Counted from the stretch's first letter, positions 1 to 13,789 are shown. The stretch is 64,000 bases of DNA from Octopus sinensis (GCF_006345805.1 NW_021831404.1:190149-254148), one strand, 5' to 3'. Numbers and translations: made by a program. The notes: generated from the sequence alone by a model not told the origin.

Positions 1-151
1 AAAGAGCAACAGCCCAGAGTGAGAGGAAGGAGACTGCAGAGAGAAAGAGAGGGAGCAAGAGGAGAAATAGCTAGAGGGAAAGACAGCATGGAGCAGAGAA
101 GGAAAAAAGAAAGAGAAAATCAAGAAAAGAACACGAATGCACAGAACTTAC

Positions 152-246
152 TTTTGTTAGTATCGTACAGAAAGGCATCTTCTTCAAACTTGACCATTGG
201 TTTGTGGGAACATAGGACAGGTTCCTGGAGCATATGGTCCACAGAC
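152..246 (-). CDS. SNX24: Sorting nexin SNX22/24-like, coding exon 5 (internal; final exon is outside the window)
   Basis: Minus strand ttcattttgaag|G...AAAA|gtaagt, 95 nt. Entry phase 2 matches exon 4. Translates (E)SVDHMLQEPVLCSHKPMVKFEEDAFLYDTNK, resembling the SHQPVLLF..D motif of the SNX22/24 C-terminal region. Confidence 0.8.
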
Positions 247-364
247 CTTCAAAATGAAGATAGGAAATAATCAAGTTATAAGGATTGGGGTTTGATATTT
301 TTTGTATTGGTCAGGTTTACTGAGAAAGTTTTGCAGGGAACAGAATTAAGGTTCAGGTTTACAG

Positions 365-1406
365 CAGTGATTCTCAACCATTTTTTTTACCTATGGACCC
401 TTTTGATTGTTATTTTACTCGGGTGGACTCCTATAACCATTTGGTGCTTTTAAAAAATACCATTATGTTTTTATAATTAATAATTACTAGCAGTATCGCC
501 CGGCATTGCTCGGCTTTGTTTCGACCCGCTGGAATTGGAATTTTTGAAAAGTAAAAATTTTGCATTATGTAGCTTGTTATTCTCTTTAAGTGAACATTTT
601 TCTGGTTGAAATACACCGAAAAATGGCGGCACAGCAGTCAAAATATCGTAAAAAATAGGGATTTTCATAGAAAAAAAAGCACCTTTTTGATGTAAATAAT
701 TTTTGGTCTTAACATGGTCTGATTTGAATTTTATCTTCTACGGAATGAAGAGCAAGCCTTCTTCTATCATACTCTCAATTTTGGTCAACTTGCCCCGCAA
801 GGTCTCGGAGGAGATAGTATTAGTTGAAGGCAACCAAACCTGCCACACACAGACAACTTCAGCTTTATATATATAGATTAGGAATTGCATTTTAAAAAAT
901 TCATTAAAAGTTTTCTGTATTATTCTTTCTTTTATTTTTTTACTTGCTTCAGTCATTTGAGTGTGGCCATACTAGAGCACCACTTTGAAGGGTTTTAGTC
1001 AAACAAATTGCCCCCAGGGTTTACGTTTTTTTAAAGCCTAGTATTTATTCTATGGTCTCTTTTGCCGAACTACTAAGTTACAGGGACACAAACATGCCAA
1101 CACTAGTCGTCAAGGAGTGATGAGGACACGCACACACACACATACAATGGGTTTCTTTCAGATACTGTATACCAAAATCCACTCACAAGGCTTTAGTCAA
1201 CCCAAGGCAATAGAAGGAGACACACTTGTCCAAGGTGCCACGCAGTGGGACTGAACTTGGTACCATGTGGCTGGGAAGGAAGCTTCTTACCACACAGTTA
1301 CACCTGTGCCTATTGTAGAAGCATAACCAGTTTATTGCACATAAATTTTAACAAAATCTTCCATGGGCCCACAAGGGTCATATTGGACCCAGATTGAGAA
1401 TCACTG
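365..1406. mobile_element. hAT (Charlie-like) MITE with nested Helitron and SINE
   Basis: TIR CAGTGATTCTCAA / TTGAGAATCACTG, exact 8-bp TSD GTTTACAG (357-364, 1407-1414). Confidence 0.9.
487..877 (-). mobile_element. Non-autonomous Helitron
   Basis: Minus strand 5' A|TC and 3' hairpin + CTAG|T; near-identical family member at 40228-40618. Confidence 0.85.
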
Positions 1407-4394
1407 GTTTACAGTAAACAGAATTAAAGTTTTAAAATCAGTAATTTGTGGAGATTAGATTAGATGACAGTGAGAGTTTGTAGTGTTTGCCATGATTGGA
1501 GTTAGGATAGGGTTGTGCCATAATCCATCATTTTGTGGGGCTTTTTTTTTATCAAATTAAGCAGCATGCTGCAAATTTAAAAGAAGGCGAGAAGGTGACA
1601 TTCAAACCTTTTTAATCTGCATTTGCAATATAATTAGACTTTTAGAGGTCATCACTAAATTAGCACATGTTAAAAAGTTGTCACAAATACTGGTCCAGAA
1701 ACTTTTATAATCCATACAAGTTTACCCAACAGGAACTTAAAATTCCCATGGCTGCCAGACTAATTTATTGGTATCTTGCACAGTACAGTATTAATCCACT
1801 TAGCGTCGTCTTACTGGCACTTGTGCTGGTGGCATGTGAAACAACATTGGAGCAAAATCGTTGCCAGTGCTGCTGGACTGGTTCCTGCGCAGGTGGCACA
1901 TAAAAAGCACTACTTGAGCGTGGCCGTTGCCATTACCGCCTGACTGGGCCCTAGTGCCGGTGGCACATAAAAGCACCCACTACACTCTCAGAGTGGTTGC
2001 ATCAGGAAGGGCATGCAGCTGTAGAAACTCTGCCAGATCAGATTGGAGCCTGGTGCAGCCATCTGGTTCACCAGACCTCAATCAAATCGTCCAACCCATG
2101 CTAGCATGGAAAGCAGACGTTAAACGATGATGATGATGATGCATCAGTTATGTACAAGTACTTGTATTTTGTTAAATTATTTAACCCTTTAGCAGTTAGA
2201 TTTCTCGGTCAAATGTAAGGGTAAATGAAAAGGACCCCCTTCGGTCATGAATGACCATGGATTGCACCAACAACGTTACCTTCCAAGGCACAAGTCCGGG
2301 CAAGGTTGTTTATGGTAGGTCAGCAGTTGCCCATGCATACCAGCCTCCTCTCTCCACACCATTATATGTACATGGCGTATAGGGTAAAGACCCCCTTCAG
2401 TCATGAATGACCATGGGGTTGCACCTAGAAAGTTCTCCTCTGAGTCACAAGTCTAGGCAAGGTTGTTTATGGAAGATCAACGGTCACCCGTGCATACCAG
2501 CCTCCCCTCTCCAGACAATTGATGTTATCCAAGGGAAAGGCAAAGGCCAATACAGATTGGCACCAGTGATGTTGCAACTCATTTTTACAACTGAATGAAC
2601 TGGAGCAACATCAAATAAAGAGTCTAATCATCATTATCATCATCATCATCATCATCGTTTAGCATCTGCTTTCCATGTTGGCATGGGTTGGACGGTGCAA
2701 CTGGGGTCTGGGAAGCCAGAAGGCTGCACCAGGCCCAGTCTGATCTGGCAATGTTTTTATGGCTGGATGCCCTTCCTAATGCCAACCACTCCATGAGTGT
2801 AGTGGGTGCTTTTTACATGCCACCGGCACAGGTGCCAGACGAGGCTGGCAAACTGCCATGGTCGGATGGTGCTTTTTACGTGCCACCAGCACGCAAGCCA
2901 GTCGGAGCGTCGCTGGCACGGCCACGTTTAGATAGTTCTCTTATGTGCCACTGGCACTGGTATCACAGCTGCTTATTTATTTACATTGATATGGAATTTC
3001 AATGACATGATTGTTTATTTCTGGAATAATATTGCCAGGTAAGTGTGAGAGGCCAGATCTGCCCAGTTTGAAGATAATACAGGTAGATTACTTTGGTCAG
3101 ATATGGCCCGTTTAAATGCTAAAGGGTTAAGTAAATTTAATATTTGTTTAATTTAGAGTGAATTCACTCTAGTTTGGAAAAAAATCAGTTATCCAAGAAG
3201 GCTTTGGAACCAAGTGTACCAGAAAATTGATGTAGTACCAGCATATTTTTTCTTTTTTTAATATTCTAAATTCAAGGGATTAAGAAGAAAGTAAAAAATA
3301 ACAAAAACCTAGACATGAGATTTTCAATCTCTTCCAAATTGTATTCGCAGCAGGCATCAAATGAGGAAAGCTTCAATCAGGAGTTGAAACCAAATCAAAG
3401 TCATGACTAGTCAGGAATGTGTACCTTTTTTGCTTTGCAATGCTAGTCAGAGTTGTATACAATATTGAATTTCCAAATTAGCACAGAGCCACAAAATATG
3501 AGGACATGATCATCCCATTTGCTTAGGAAATGTTTAGCAAATATGGCTCCAGTTCTATGATAGCATATTGAAGAAAATGCTTGGCATAATTTCTTCCAGC
3601 TCTTTATGTTTTGAGTTTATATTCTGACAAAATCAACTTTGGCATTTCATCCTTTCTGGCTTGATAACATAAGTACCAGTTGAACACTGGGGTTGATGTT
3701 ATTGCTGGCCTTGTGCCAAGATTAAAGATTTATTATTCTTTTCTACACTAGGCACAAGGCCTCCAAAGCTTTTAGTGAGGGGGCCAGTCGATTAGATTGA
3801 CCCCAGTATGCAACTGATATTTAAATTATAGACTCCAAAAGGATGAAAGGCAAAGTTGACCTCGGTGGAATTTGAACTTAGAATGCTAAGCATTTCGCCC
3901 GGCATGCCAACATTTTGGCCAGTTTGCTGCTATCAATAATATTAATAACAATAATAATAATAATAATATTAATAATAAATCTCTAAAAGGGCAGCGAGCT
4001 GGCAGAATCGTTATCACACCAGGCAAAATGCTTAGCGGCATTTCACCCATCTTTACATTCTGAGTTCAAATTCCACCAAGGTCAACTTTGCCTTTCATCC
4101 TTTAGGGGTTGATAAATTATGTACCAGTGAAATGCTGGAGGCAATGTGAGCAACTAGTCCTCTCCTTCAAACTTTCAGGCCTTATTATTATTATTTTTTT
4201 TTTTTTTATTTATTTTTTTTTATTATTATTATATAGGGTGGCAAGCTAGCAGAATCATTAGAACACCAGAGAAAATACTTAGTGGTAATTTCTTCCAACT
4301 TTATTTTCTGAGTTCAAATTCCATCAAGGCCACTTTGCCTTTCATCTTCCTGAAGTCAATAAAATAAGTTCCTGTCAAGCACTAGGGTTAATAT

Positions 4395-4790
4395 AATGAA
4401 ATTACTGTATACAGTGCTCAGGTGCACCACAACTTGTCAGAAAGTGCATATAAAGTATATGCAGTAATGTACAAATGTCTGGAAAGCGAACAATGTATGA
4501 GTCAGATACATGCTTGTGTGTGTATGGAGGGGAGAAAATCAGGTGTAGTGTCGGCGAATCTCAGAAAGCATGGAAGTTTTGAAGGATGCAGTGCTCCAAC
4601 AACTAACAACTGATGCCAGCAGTTTGTTTCATGCTTCAGCAACTTTCAGCGTGAAAAAATGTTTCCTAAAGTCATGGGAGCTGTGCTGTTTTCTGACTTT
4701 GTAAATTTGTCCACAGGTGTTAGACGGGTGGAGTTTGAAAATGTGATCAACTAACTTCATTCGCCAAATTTCAGGCTGTGTGCTTATAGT
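4395..4790 (-). mobile_element. CR1-clade LINE 3' end
   Basis: Minus frame KVRKQHSSHDFRKHFFTLKVAEA*NKLLASVV...SFK, the typical CR1 ORF2 C-terminus. Confidence 0.75.
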
Positions 4791-4853
4791 AGAAACGGTT
4801 ATTACTATAAGTATTTTATGATGATGATGATGATTTGAAATGCTGCTACTTAC

Positions 4854-4942
4854 TCAAAGCCAGGTTCATATGGCTCCAGTTCTAAGAAATTGAACAATGC
4901 CGGAGGAATGTAACCATTGCTGCTGGTGGTTTGACATACAGT
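4854..4942 (-). CDS. SNX24: SNX22/24-like coding exon 4
   Basis: ttcttttacag|ACT...TTTGA|gtaagt, 89 nt, phase 0 to 2. Translates TVCQTTSSNGYIPPALFNFLELEPYEPGF, the end of the PX domain (LP..L.DFL-like helix). Confidence 0.85.
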
Positions 4943-5074
4943 CTGTAAAAGAAGAAAAGAAGCATTAGTATTTGACTTTCATTGATGTTGTAAAAAAAAC
5001 TTCACTACCAACATATAATTCAATGACATAAGTGGCTTTGCTATTTCATATTATTGACAATAACATAACTCTTT

Positions 5075-5455
5075 ACTCTTTTTACTCTTTTACTAGTTTC
5101 AGTCATTTGACTGCGGCCATGCTGGAGCACCGCCTTTAGTCGAGCAAATCGACCCCGGGACTTATTCTTTGTAAGCCCAGTGCTTATTCTATCGGTCTCT
5201 TTTGCCGAACCGCTAAGTGACGGGGACGTAAACACACCAGCATCGGTTGTCAAGCAATGCTAGGGGGACAAACACAAACATACATACATATATATATATA
5301 CATATATACGACAGGCTTCTTTCAGTTTCCGTCTACCAAATCCACTCACAAGGCATTGGTCGGCCCGGGGCTATAGCAGAAGACACTTGCCCAAGATGCC
5401 ACGCAGTGGGACTGAACCCGGAACCATGTGGCGGGTTAGCAAGCTACTTAGCACA
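5075..5455 (-). mobile_element. tRNA-headed SINE family A (internal TA/TG microsatellite); about 25 copies in the window
   Basis: Head GGCTGTGTGGTAAGTAGC...GGTTCAGTCCC (A/B-box-like), tail GGTGCTCCAGCATGGCCGCAGTCAAATGACTGAAACAAGTAAAAGAG. Other copies near 935, 5830, 10320, 17520, 23870, 27540, 28730, 30480, 32298, 33490, 39480, 40830, 42316, 45935, 48480, 53500, 58355, 58870, 60920, 63400 and 63680. Confidence 0.9.
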
Positions 5456-6289
5456 CAGCCAACAAAAAAAAAAAACTTTACTACCCATGCATTATTGACA
5501 ATGATATAAGAGGCCTCACTACAACTATTATTAACAAAACAGACATTACCATCTACACGAGTGACATTGATGTAAGAGGCCTAACTACCGACATACTATA
5601 GTCACTGATACAAGAAACCTCATTACTGACATATTATTGACAGAAGAGATCTTGCTATTTATACATCGTTAGTATTGATGTGATAGGATTCACTATCATA
5701 TTCTCCATTATGACACAGATATGAAGAAAAAAGAAAAAGAAAATAAACTCCAGTATCAGTTCAATCTTACACCTTTACTAATGAAATCATCAGCAGATCT
5801 GTCTGTCTGTCTATATATATATATATATACTCTTTACTCTTTTACTTGTTTCAGTCATTTGACTGCGGCCATGCTGGAGCACCGCCTTTAATCGAGCAAC
5901 TCGACCCCGGGACTTATTCTTTTTGTAAGCCCAGTACTTATTCTATCGGTCTCTTTTTGCCGAACCGCTAAGTGACGGGGACGTAAACACACCGGCATCG
6001 GTTGTCAAGCGATGTTGGGGGGACAAACACAGACACACAAACACACACACACACATACATATATATATACATATACGACAGGCTTCTTTCAGTTTCCGTT
6101 TACCAAATCCACTCACAAGGCATTGGTCGGCCCGGGGCTATAGCAGAAGACACTTGCCCAAGATGCCACGCAGTGGGACTGAACCCGGAACCATGTGGTT
6201 GGTTAGCTAGCTACTTACCACACAGCCATATATATATAAACTTGGTACTAGTTCAAATATGTCTGAGAAATATTTGAGCCTCTAAGAAA

Positions 6290-7490
6290 TAAGTAGGAAG
6301 GCAGATAAATCATAAATTCCTTCAGGTAGATGGCACAGCACGATCTGTAGAAAAGGCATAGGTAGAAACTCCATGAGATGTACCCAGTGCAAGCTATGGA
6401 CCTAAGAGGTATAGCAATATCAAAGGAAAGTTAACTGGGAAGATAGTTCTTGTGTGTGTGGCAGATGCACAGGTGCAATAAACACTGAAGATGTATAGAA
6501 AACATTTTCCATCACATGCCAGGGGGAAAAACTAGAAGTAGTTGATAGCTTCCTTTACCTAGGTGACTAAGTCAGTAGTGGAGGTGGATGCTCTGAGAGT
6601 GTAGCTGCTAGAATAAGAATAATCTGGGCAAAGTTCAGAGAGTCCCTAAATCTGCTGGTAACAAAAGTCCTCTTGCGAAAGGTAGATTGTATGATGCCTG
6701 TGTGCAAACAGCCATGCTACACAGCAGTGAAATATGGGCTGTGACTGCTGAGGACATGCATAAGCTTGAAAGAAATGAAACCAGTATGCTCCGCTCAGTG
6801 TGTAATGTCAGTGTGCATAAACAACAGAGTGTAAGCACTCTGAGAAAAAAGTTGGACATAAGAAGCATTAGATGTGGTGTGCAAGAGAGACAATTGTGCT
6901 GATATGGTCATGTGTTGTGTATGGATGAGGATAGCTGTATGAAGAAGTGTTACACTCGAACAGTGGAGGAAACCTGTGGAAGATATGGGATGAGGTGGTG
7001 AAGCATGACCTTCGAATGCTGGGCCTCACAGAGGCAATGACAGGTGATGAGACCTTTGAAGATATGCTGTGCTTGAGAAGACCCGGCAAGCCAAGTGAGA
7101 TTGTAGCCATGGCTGATGGCAGTGTCGCATAACTGACCCATTTAAAACACCCTTCAATTGTCGGGCAATCTGCCATGCTTGTGAAGACCTACTGAACCAA
7201 GTGAAATCATAGTTGTGTCTGATGCCAGTGCCGCCTAACTGGCACCCGTGCCAGTGGTATGTAAAGAGCACCATTCGAGCATGACCAATTCCAGTGCCAC
7301 CTGTCTGGCACCCATGCTGGTGGCACATAAAAAGCACTCATTACACTCTTGGAGTGGTTGGCATTAGGAAGGGCATTCAGCTGTAGAAACCTTGCCAAAT
7401 CAGATTGGAGCTTGATGCAGCCTCCTGGCTTGCCAGTTCTCAGTCAAACCATCCAACCCATGCCAGCATGGAAAGCAGATGTTAAATGAC
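6290..7490 (+). mobile_element. RTE-clade LINE 3' fragment
   Basis: Decayed frames LEVVDSFLYLG, GRLYDACVQTAMLHSSE, WYGHV, WDEVVKHDL, followed by the family 3' UTR ending CAACCCATGC...(GAT)n. Confidence 0.85.
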
Positions 7491-7805
7491 GATTATGATG
7501 GCAATGATGATGAAGTTGATTTACTCCTTCAAAGCCATGGTGTGTTTACACAGCATGGTCAATTCAGAGCACTTTCTCTTAGACTGATGGATGAATGCAT
7601 TTTGAGTCAACTTCTGGTACAAATGTTTACATTTTGTATGTCATCTACAACAAAAAAAATTCTGGAAACGATCTACTCATCTAATTTACGCAACCCTTAA
7701 AGTTAATTTTTGTTTTTGCGAAAAAAGTGCATAAATTACATGGGATTTTACGGTAATCACTAAAATCCCTAGGGCTTAACATCTTGAGAAAGTTATTGCC
7801 TTGAT

Positions 7806-8101
7806 CAGTGGTTCCAATCTTTTCACTACTAAGGACCCCTTTTATTTAACCCTTTCGTTACCGCATTCATTTTGAGATGCTCTGTGTTTCTTTCAATTAT
7901 TTTAAATATAACAAAGAATTTAGTAAAATAACTTTGTTATCATTAAGCTAGTGTTAGGAACATAAATTGTGACTAATGTTTGGTGGTATATTTTAATGAG
8001 AAACTTATGAAAACAAGACATTTATACTACAGAGCCAGAGCCGGTTTTGGCAAAAGGGTTAAATGAGCTTTCCCACAGATACCTTTTAATATGCTTATCC
8101 T

Positions 8102-8147
<46 letters not shown>

Positions 8148-8230
8148 AAATTTTGCATTTAGTTCATGGATCCCCAGTACTACCTTTGCGAACCACCAGG
8201 GGTCCGCAGACCCCAGGTTAGGAACCACTA
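7806..8230. mobile_element. hAT MITE with nested piggyBac-like MITE
   Basis: CAGTGGTTCC...GGAACCACTA, 8-bp TSD GCCTTGAT/GCCTAGAT. Confidence 0.8.
7850..8058. mobile_element. piggyBac-like MITE
   Basis: TTAA|CCCTTT...AAAGGG|TTAA; same family as 53807-54026. Confidence 0.85.
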
Positions 8231-8389
8231 GCCTAGATTGAATTATATTCTACAATCAACAGACACATTTGTCCAATCCCAGACAAAATCGAAATCATCA
8301 TTGCCCCCATTGTAACTTCAGAGCAAAATCCATACCTGAACTCAGATTACATTCATGCATCCATCGCAAATAGATGCAGCTTCTTTTAT

Positions 8390-8568
8390 TTTTAATCCTT
8401 TTCCCGCCAATGTCGACTTTGCTTTACCTTCTTTCAGGGTCGATAAATTATGTAGCAGTGAAGCACTGGGGTTGATGTAATCGACCAGTCCCCCCTCCCC
8501 ACAAATTTCAGGCCTTGTGCCTTTAGTAGAAAGGATTATTATTATTATTATTATCATTATTATTATTA

Positions 8569-8614
<46 letters not shown>

Positions 8615-9500
8615 TGCTGAGTGAAATGCTTAGCAGTATTTCTGAGTTCAAATTCTGCTGAGACCGACTTTGATTTTCACCCTTTGTGGTCAATGAAATA
8701 AGTACCAGTCAACTACTGGCGGTCAATGTAATTGACTAGTCACCTCTCCTTAAAATTTCAGGCCTTGTGCCTTTAGTAGAAAGGATGATTATTATTATTA
8801 TTATTAAGGCAGCAAGCTGGCAAGATCGTTAGCATGTCAGGCAAAATGCTTAGTGGCATTTCATGTCTTTATATTATGAGTTCAAATTCTGGCAAGATTG
8901 ACTGACTTTTATTTTTTGAGGGTTAATGAAATAGAACCAGCTGAACACTGCAGTCAGTGTAATTGATTTGCCCACTCCCACAAAACTTCAGGCTTTGTGC
9001 CTATAGTAGAAAGGATGATGATGATTATTATTATATTATTATTATCATTATTATTATTATTATTATTAAGGTGACAAGCTGGCAGAATTGTTTGCACACC
9101 AAGCGAAATGCTTAGCGGTATTTTGTCTGCTGCTACATTCTGAGTTCAAATTCCACTGAAGTCGACTTTGTCTTTCATCCTTTCAAGGTTGATGAAATAA
9201 GTACAAGTTATGCACTTGGCCTTATACCCAAGAGTAGAAATAATTATTATTAAGATGGCAAGCTGGCTGAATCATTAGCGCACCAGGTGAAATGCTTAGT
9301 GGCATTTTGTCCATCTTCACATTCTGAGTTCAAATTCCACCATGGTTAACTTTGCTTTTCATCCTTTTGGGGTCAATAAATTAAGTACCAGTGAAAAACT
9401 GGGATTGATGTAATCGACTTATTCCCTCCCCACAAATTTCAGGCCATGTGCCTACAGTAGAAAGAATTATCATTATTATTATTATTATTATTATTATCAT
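8390..9500 (+). mobile_element. Five head-to-tail copies of SINE family B separated by (ATT)n
   Basis: GGCGGCGAGCTGGCAGAA...GAGTTCAAATTC...GCCTTTCATCCTTTCGGGGTCGATAAA...GGCCTTGTGCC..AGTAGAAAGG(ATT)n. Other copies near 3730, 3988, 4236, 11880, 15668, 25615-26690 and 46320. Confidence 0.85.
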
Positions 9501-9572
9501 CATCATCGTCATCATCATCATTACGAAAGTGTAAAAAGTGAGGTTAAATATCAGAATGCAAGAACTCACAGA

Positions 9573-9603
<31 letters not shown>

Positions 9604-10956
9604 CAATGTCTCCTAAGCATTTTCCATAGCACTGAGAGACAGTGCAGAAGGATGTTTGTGAGCCAGTGTGCTTTGCTCTAGTTTTGCATGGCAGGAAGTG
9701 AATGGGAGGAAAAGAATCTCCCGCCTACCTCACAACCCACATCCCACCTACCCCACCCTGGAGTAAGATGCCAACATTAAAACACAAGAAACATGGCTGC
9801 GCTCCCAAGTGGTCTACTGCTCTGATTCCTGTGATTGAAGCCATGTACAGAAAATTTGATATAAAAAAAAAAATCATAAAAGATTGTTTAACTCTTTAAT
9901 ATTTGATCTGGCTATATCCAGCCAAAATATGCTGCCTGTCTTATGTTCAAACAAGCCAGATCCAGCCTCTCACACCTACCCTACAATGCCATTCTAAAAG
10001 TAAACAACAACATCACCCAAATCTCAAAGTCATGAGGTAATCCATGATTAATTCAAATTAATATAAATAAATAAGGATTACACTTGACACAGTAATCTGA
10101 ATGCTAAAAGGTTAACTCTCTGATTATAAAACCTGCCAGAAACTGTCCATTCTAAAGAGTTTGTATTTCTGTTAAAATTTCTATCAAAATAACATAAAGG
10201 TGGTGCTCCAGCATGGCCACAGTCAAATGACTGAAACAAGTAAAAGAGTAAATATAAAAAATAACTTGAGACTCCAGTTGGCAAACACCAACATAAAATA
10301 TATCAGTATACAAGCACAGGCATGGCTGTGTGGTTAAAATGCTTGCTTCCCAACCACACAGTTCTGGGTTCAGTCCCACGGCATGACGCCTTGGGCAAGT
10401 GTCTTCTACTACAGCCTCAGGCCAACCAAAGCCTTGTGAGCGGATTTGGTAGACGGAAACTGAAAGAATCCCATTGTATGTGTGTGTGTTTGTCCCCTCT
10501 CCCCCACCATCACTTGACAACCAATGTTAGTGTGTTTACATCCCTGTAACTTAGCTGTTCAGCCAAAGAGACCAATAGAATAAGTACCATGCTTACAAAG
10601 AATAAATTCTGGGGTGGATTTCTTCAACTAAAACCCTTTAAGTGGTGCTCCAGCATGGCAAGCTTAAATGCTAAAGTGTTACAAAGAAAAGGAAAGAAGG
10701 AATGAAAAGAAAAAAAAAACATCATCCTTATAGTTTTAATAGATATTTTTCATACTTGAAGGATCAGACAGAATTCATTGAGGTAGCCTGTTACCAACCC
10801 TCACTTGTTTCCAAGTAAGGCAAAGGTAATATTTTCTCCCATGACTAGACATATTTTTATGGACGACTGGAAATGAAGGACACCACTTGTATGACAGTGA
10901 CACTCGTTTACAACTATCAAACACTATTAAGACAAAGGGGCAAACACACACACATA

Positions 10957-11299
10957 CAGTGGAACCTCAGTTTGCAAATTTAATTCATTCCTGAAGGTCG
11001 TTCATCACCTGAAATGTTTGTAAACCTAAACTATTTTTCCCATAGTTAATTCAAGTGGAAGCACAGCGAATTCATGCAAGGATGTGCACTGAGGGAAAAC
11101 GAGACAGAAACTTACCTTCTACTGCTGATGGCCCCGCCAGCTTGTCACCAACCGTTATTATCAGCTTGCGTATTCATTACTCAAGACAGTGTTCATCAAC
11201 TGGGACACCATGCATCACCCAAGGTGTTTTAAGTTCAGAAAATTGTTCGTAAACCAATTTGCTCATGATGAGAGGTGTTCATTAACTGAGGTTCCATTG
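10957..11299. mobile_element. Tigger/pogo-like MITE
   Basis: TA|CAGTGGAACCTC...GAGGTTCCATTG|TA. Confidence 0.8.
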
Positions 11300-11523
11300 T
11301 ACCTATATAATCATGACAAACTTCTTTCAGTTTCCATCTACAATATCCACTCAAAACACTGGCCGACCCAGGGCTCTTGCAGAAGACATTAGGCCAAAGC
11401 GCCAAAAAGTGGGATTGAACCCAAGACTACATAGTTGAGAAGCAGACTTAACCACACAGCAATAGCTGCACTCATAACAACAACAACAACAACAACAAGC
11501 AGATAAAACTGCATAGGAATTAC

Positions 11524-11628
11524 CTGGATGTAAAGTTGAAGACGCTGCCTTCTTTGTTCCAACACTTTGTGGTTCCATTTTAACATCTTCTTTGGAGGGA
11601 ATTCTGGAGTAGCAATCAGTTTCTTTAG
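11524..11628 (-). CDS. SNX24: SNX22/24-like coding exon 3 (PX domain)
   Basis: ttttgcag|CTA...CAG|gtaatt, 105 nt. Translates LKKLIATPEFPPKKMLKWNHKVLEQRRQRLQLYIQ, with the PX proline loop and the LEQRR..L..Y motif of SNX22/24. Confidence 0.95.
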
Positions 11629-12180
11629 CTGCAAAAGTCAAGTTTACCATTATTTAAGAAATAAGTAACCAAAGTATTCAATAACTGAAATCATTCATCA
11701 TCATCATCGTTTATCGTCCGCTTTCCATGCTAGCATGGGTTGGCCGGTTCGAATGGGGTCTGGGAAGCCAGGAGGCTGCACCATAAAAACTATTATACAT
11801 AAAATGGTGGAAGCAGAGTTCTGGGATCTACATTTTCTCTCATAAATTCGATGATCATCTTCTGATGTCCCTATGTCGTATTTCTTTATTGCCCACAGGG
11901 GGATAAACACAGAGGGGACAAGCAAGGACAGACAAAGGGATTAAGTCGATTACATCGACCCCAGTGCGTAACTGGTATTTAATTTATTGACCCCGAAAGG
12001 ATGAAAGGCAAAGTCGACCTTGGTGGAATTTGAACTCAGAACGTAACAGCAGACGAAATACCTCTAAGCATTTCGCCCAGCTTGCTAATGTTTTTGCCAG
12101 CTTGTCCCAATGTCTTATTTCCAGCACATGACCAGTTCCAGACCACCAATGTCTCCTAAGTGTAAGGAACTATAAAGACA

Positions 12181-12690
12181 TGTTCTGAACTCAAGTGCTT
12201 CAAAGCCAAAGCTAAACTCATGGTGAAGTGTTAGTGCTAAACTCCAGTACTTCAGAATTACTTTTAAACTTCAGTAGTGAAAAGTCAGCACAAACATCAG
12301 TTCTTCAGGATTAGTTCTGAACTCTAGTACTTAAAGGCCAATGCTAAATTTCAGTGCATAACCTCCTAGTTCTGAATTCCACTGTTTAAGGGCCATTTCT
12401 GAACTCCAGTACTTAAGGGCCAAACTTTAACTCCAGTACATAAGACGTAGTTCTGAACTCCAGTACTTAAGGGCCAGTTCTGAACTCCAGTACTTAAGGG
12501 TCAGTTCTGAACTCCAGTACTTAAGGCCCAGTTCTGAACTCCAGTACATAAGGCACACAGTTCTGAATTCCAATACTTAAGGGACAGTTCTGAATTCCAC
12601 TACTTAAGGGCCATTTCTGAACTCTGGTACTTAAGGTCCAGACTTTAACCCCTGTACATAAAGCACACAGTTCTGAATTCCAGTACTTAA
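12181..12690. repeat. 27-bp minisatellite array A (degenerate), unit AGTTCTGAACTCCAGTACTTAAGGGCC
   Basis: About 12 clear units at 12368-12690 plus decayed units back to about 12181. Ends at a TTAA where a piggyBac-like MITE begins. Confidence 0.9.
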
Positions 12691-12912
12691 CCCTTTTGAT
12701 ACAAACCCACTTGAGAACATCTCTGCTTTTATGATACAAGCTCCCTGTTTAAAAGCAATTTAAATTAAAACTTTCCATCGAAATTTCATGTCAATTTTTG
12801 TTCTAAACACCAGCCTAATGATGAAAAAGTCATTTTACTGAATTCTTAATTATTATCGACGTTAAATGAGGCCAAGGCAGCATGTTTCAACAGAAATATG
12901 GTAGCAAAAAGG
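12691..12912. mobile_element. piggyBac-like MITE (second family), inserted at a TTAA of minisatellite A
   Basis: TTAA|CCCTTTTGATAC...; right end degenerate. Homologue with intact right end at 58022-58224. Confidence 0.65.
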
Positions 12913-13093
12913 TAGGAAATAAATTCTCTTAGGATATAATACCGACTTATATTTGGTAGTATTCCTGGAAAATGCGGTAGCTATTCCCCAACTATTAAAT
13001 TCATTAGAGACTAAACTGATTAACATCTAATAGGCCAAGATTTAACAGAAATTTTGAAAAGATAATGACAAGAATAAAGATGTGAATTGTTAC

Positions 13094-13177
13094 CTGTTTG
13101 TGCAGATCTTCAAATTCAGTATAGCGTCTTTCGACCGAATTATATCTTCCAGACATCCATACTTGGACATAAAATAC
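13094..13177 (-). CDS. SNX24: SNX22/24-like coding exon 2 (PX domain RRY motif)
   Basis: tttcatag|GTA...CAG|gtaaca, 84 nt, phase 0-0. Translates VFYVQVWMSGRYNSVERRYTEFEDLHKQ (PX RRYxEF..LH). Confidence 0.95.
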
Positions 13178-13333
13178 CTATGAAATATAATTAATGAAGA
13201 CGGTTTAATCTTTCTTTTCCAGTCACTGAGAGAGAGAAGAAAAAAATACAAATAACAAACTTTCCAACTTATAAACGAGGAAAAAAAAGAAGTGGTTCTC
13301 TCCCTTGAAGTGCATAGATTCTCCCTTCCTTCG

Positions 13334-13375
<42 letters not shown>

Positions 13376-13789
13376 CCATAATAGAACATCCACAATGCAA
13401 CAAACACGTGGATTTAATATAAAGTGCTTCTTTTACAAGCTAAAGTTGTTAGCAATACAGTGTTTCTGGTTTCCATTTTCTATCTAACACGCTAAGTAGC
13501 TCCACGCATGAGTGTGTGTGTGTGTGTGTGTGTTATGTGCGTGTGTCTGTTTATCTCTGTGCAAAGTTCTACATAAAGTACAAACATGCATTTTAAACTC
13601 TTTTCTACTCCAGGCACAAGGCCCAACATTTTTGGGGAGGGGTCCAGTTGATTAGATCGACCCCTCGAAAGGATGAAAGGCAAAGTCGACCTCAGCGGAA
13701 AAACATGCATAAAACTAAAGGCTTGTTCAATAATTTTCAAGAGTACCACACTTGTATTATTCTAACATAACAAAGGAAAGGTTGATAGT

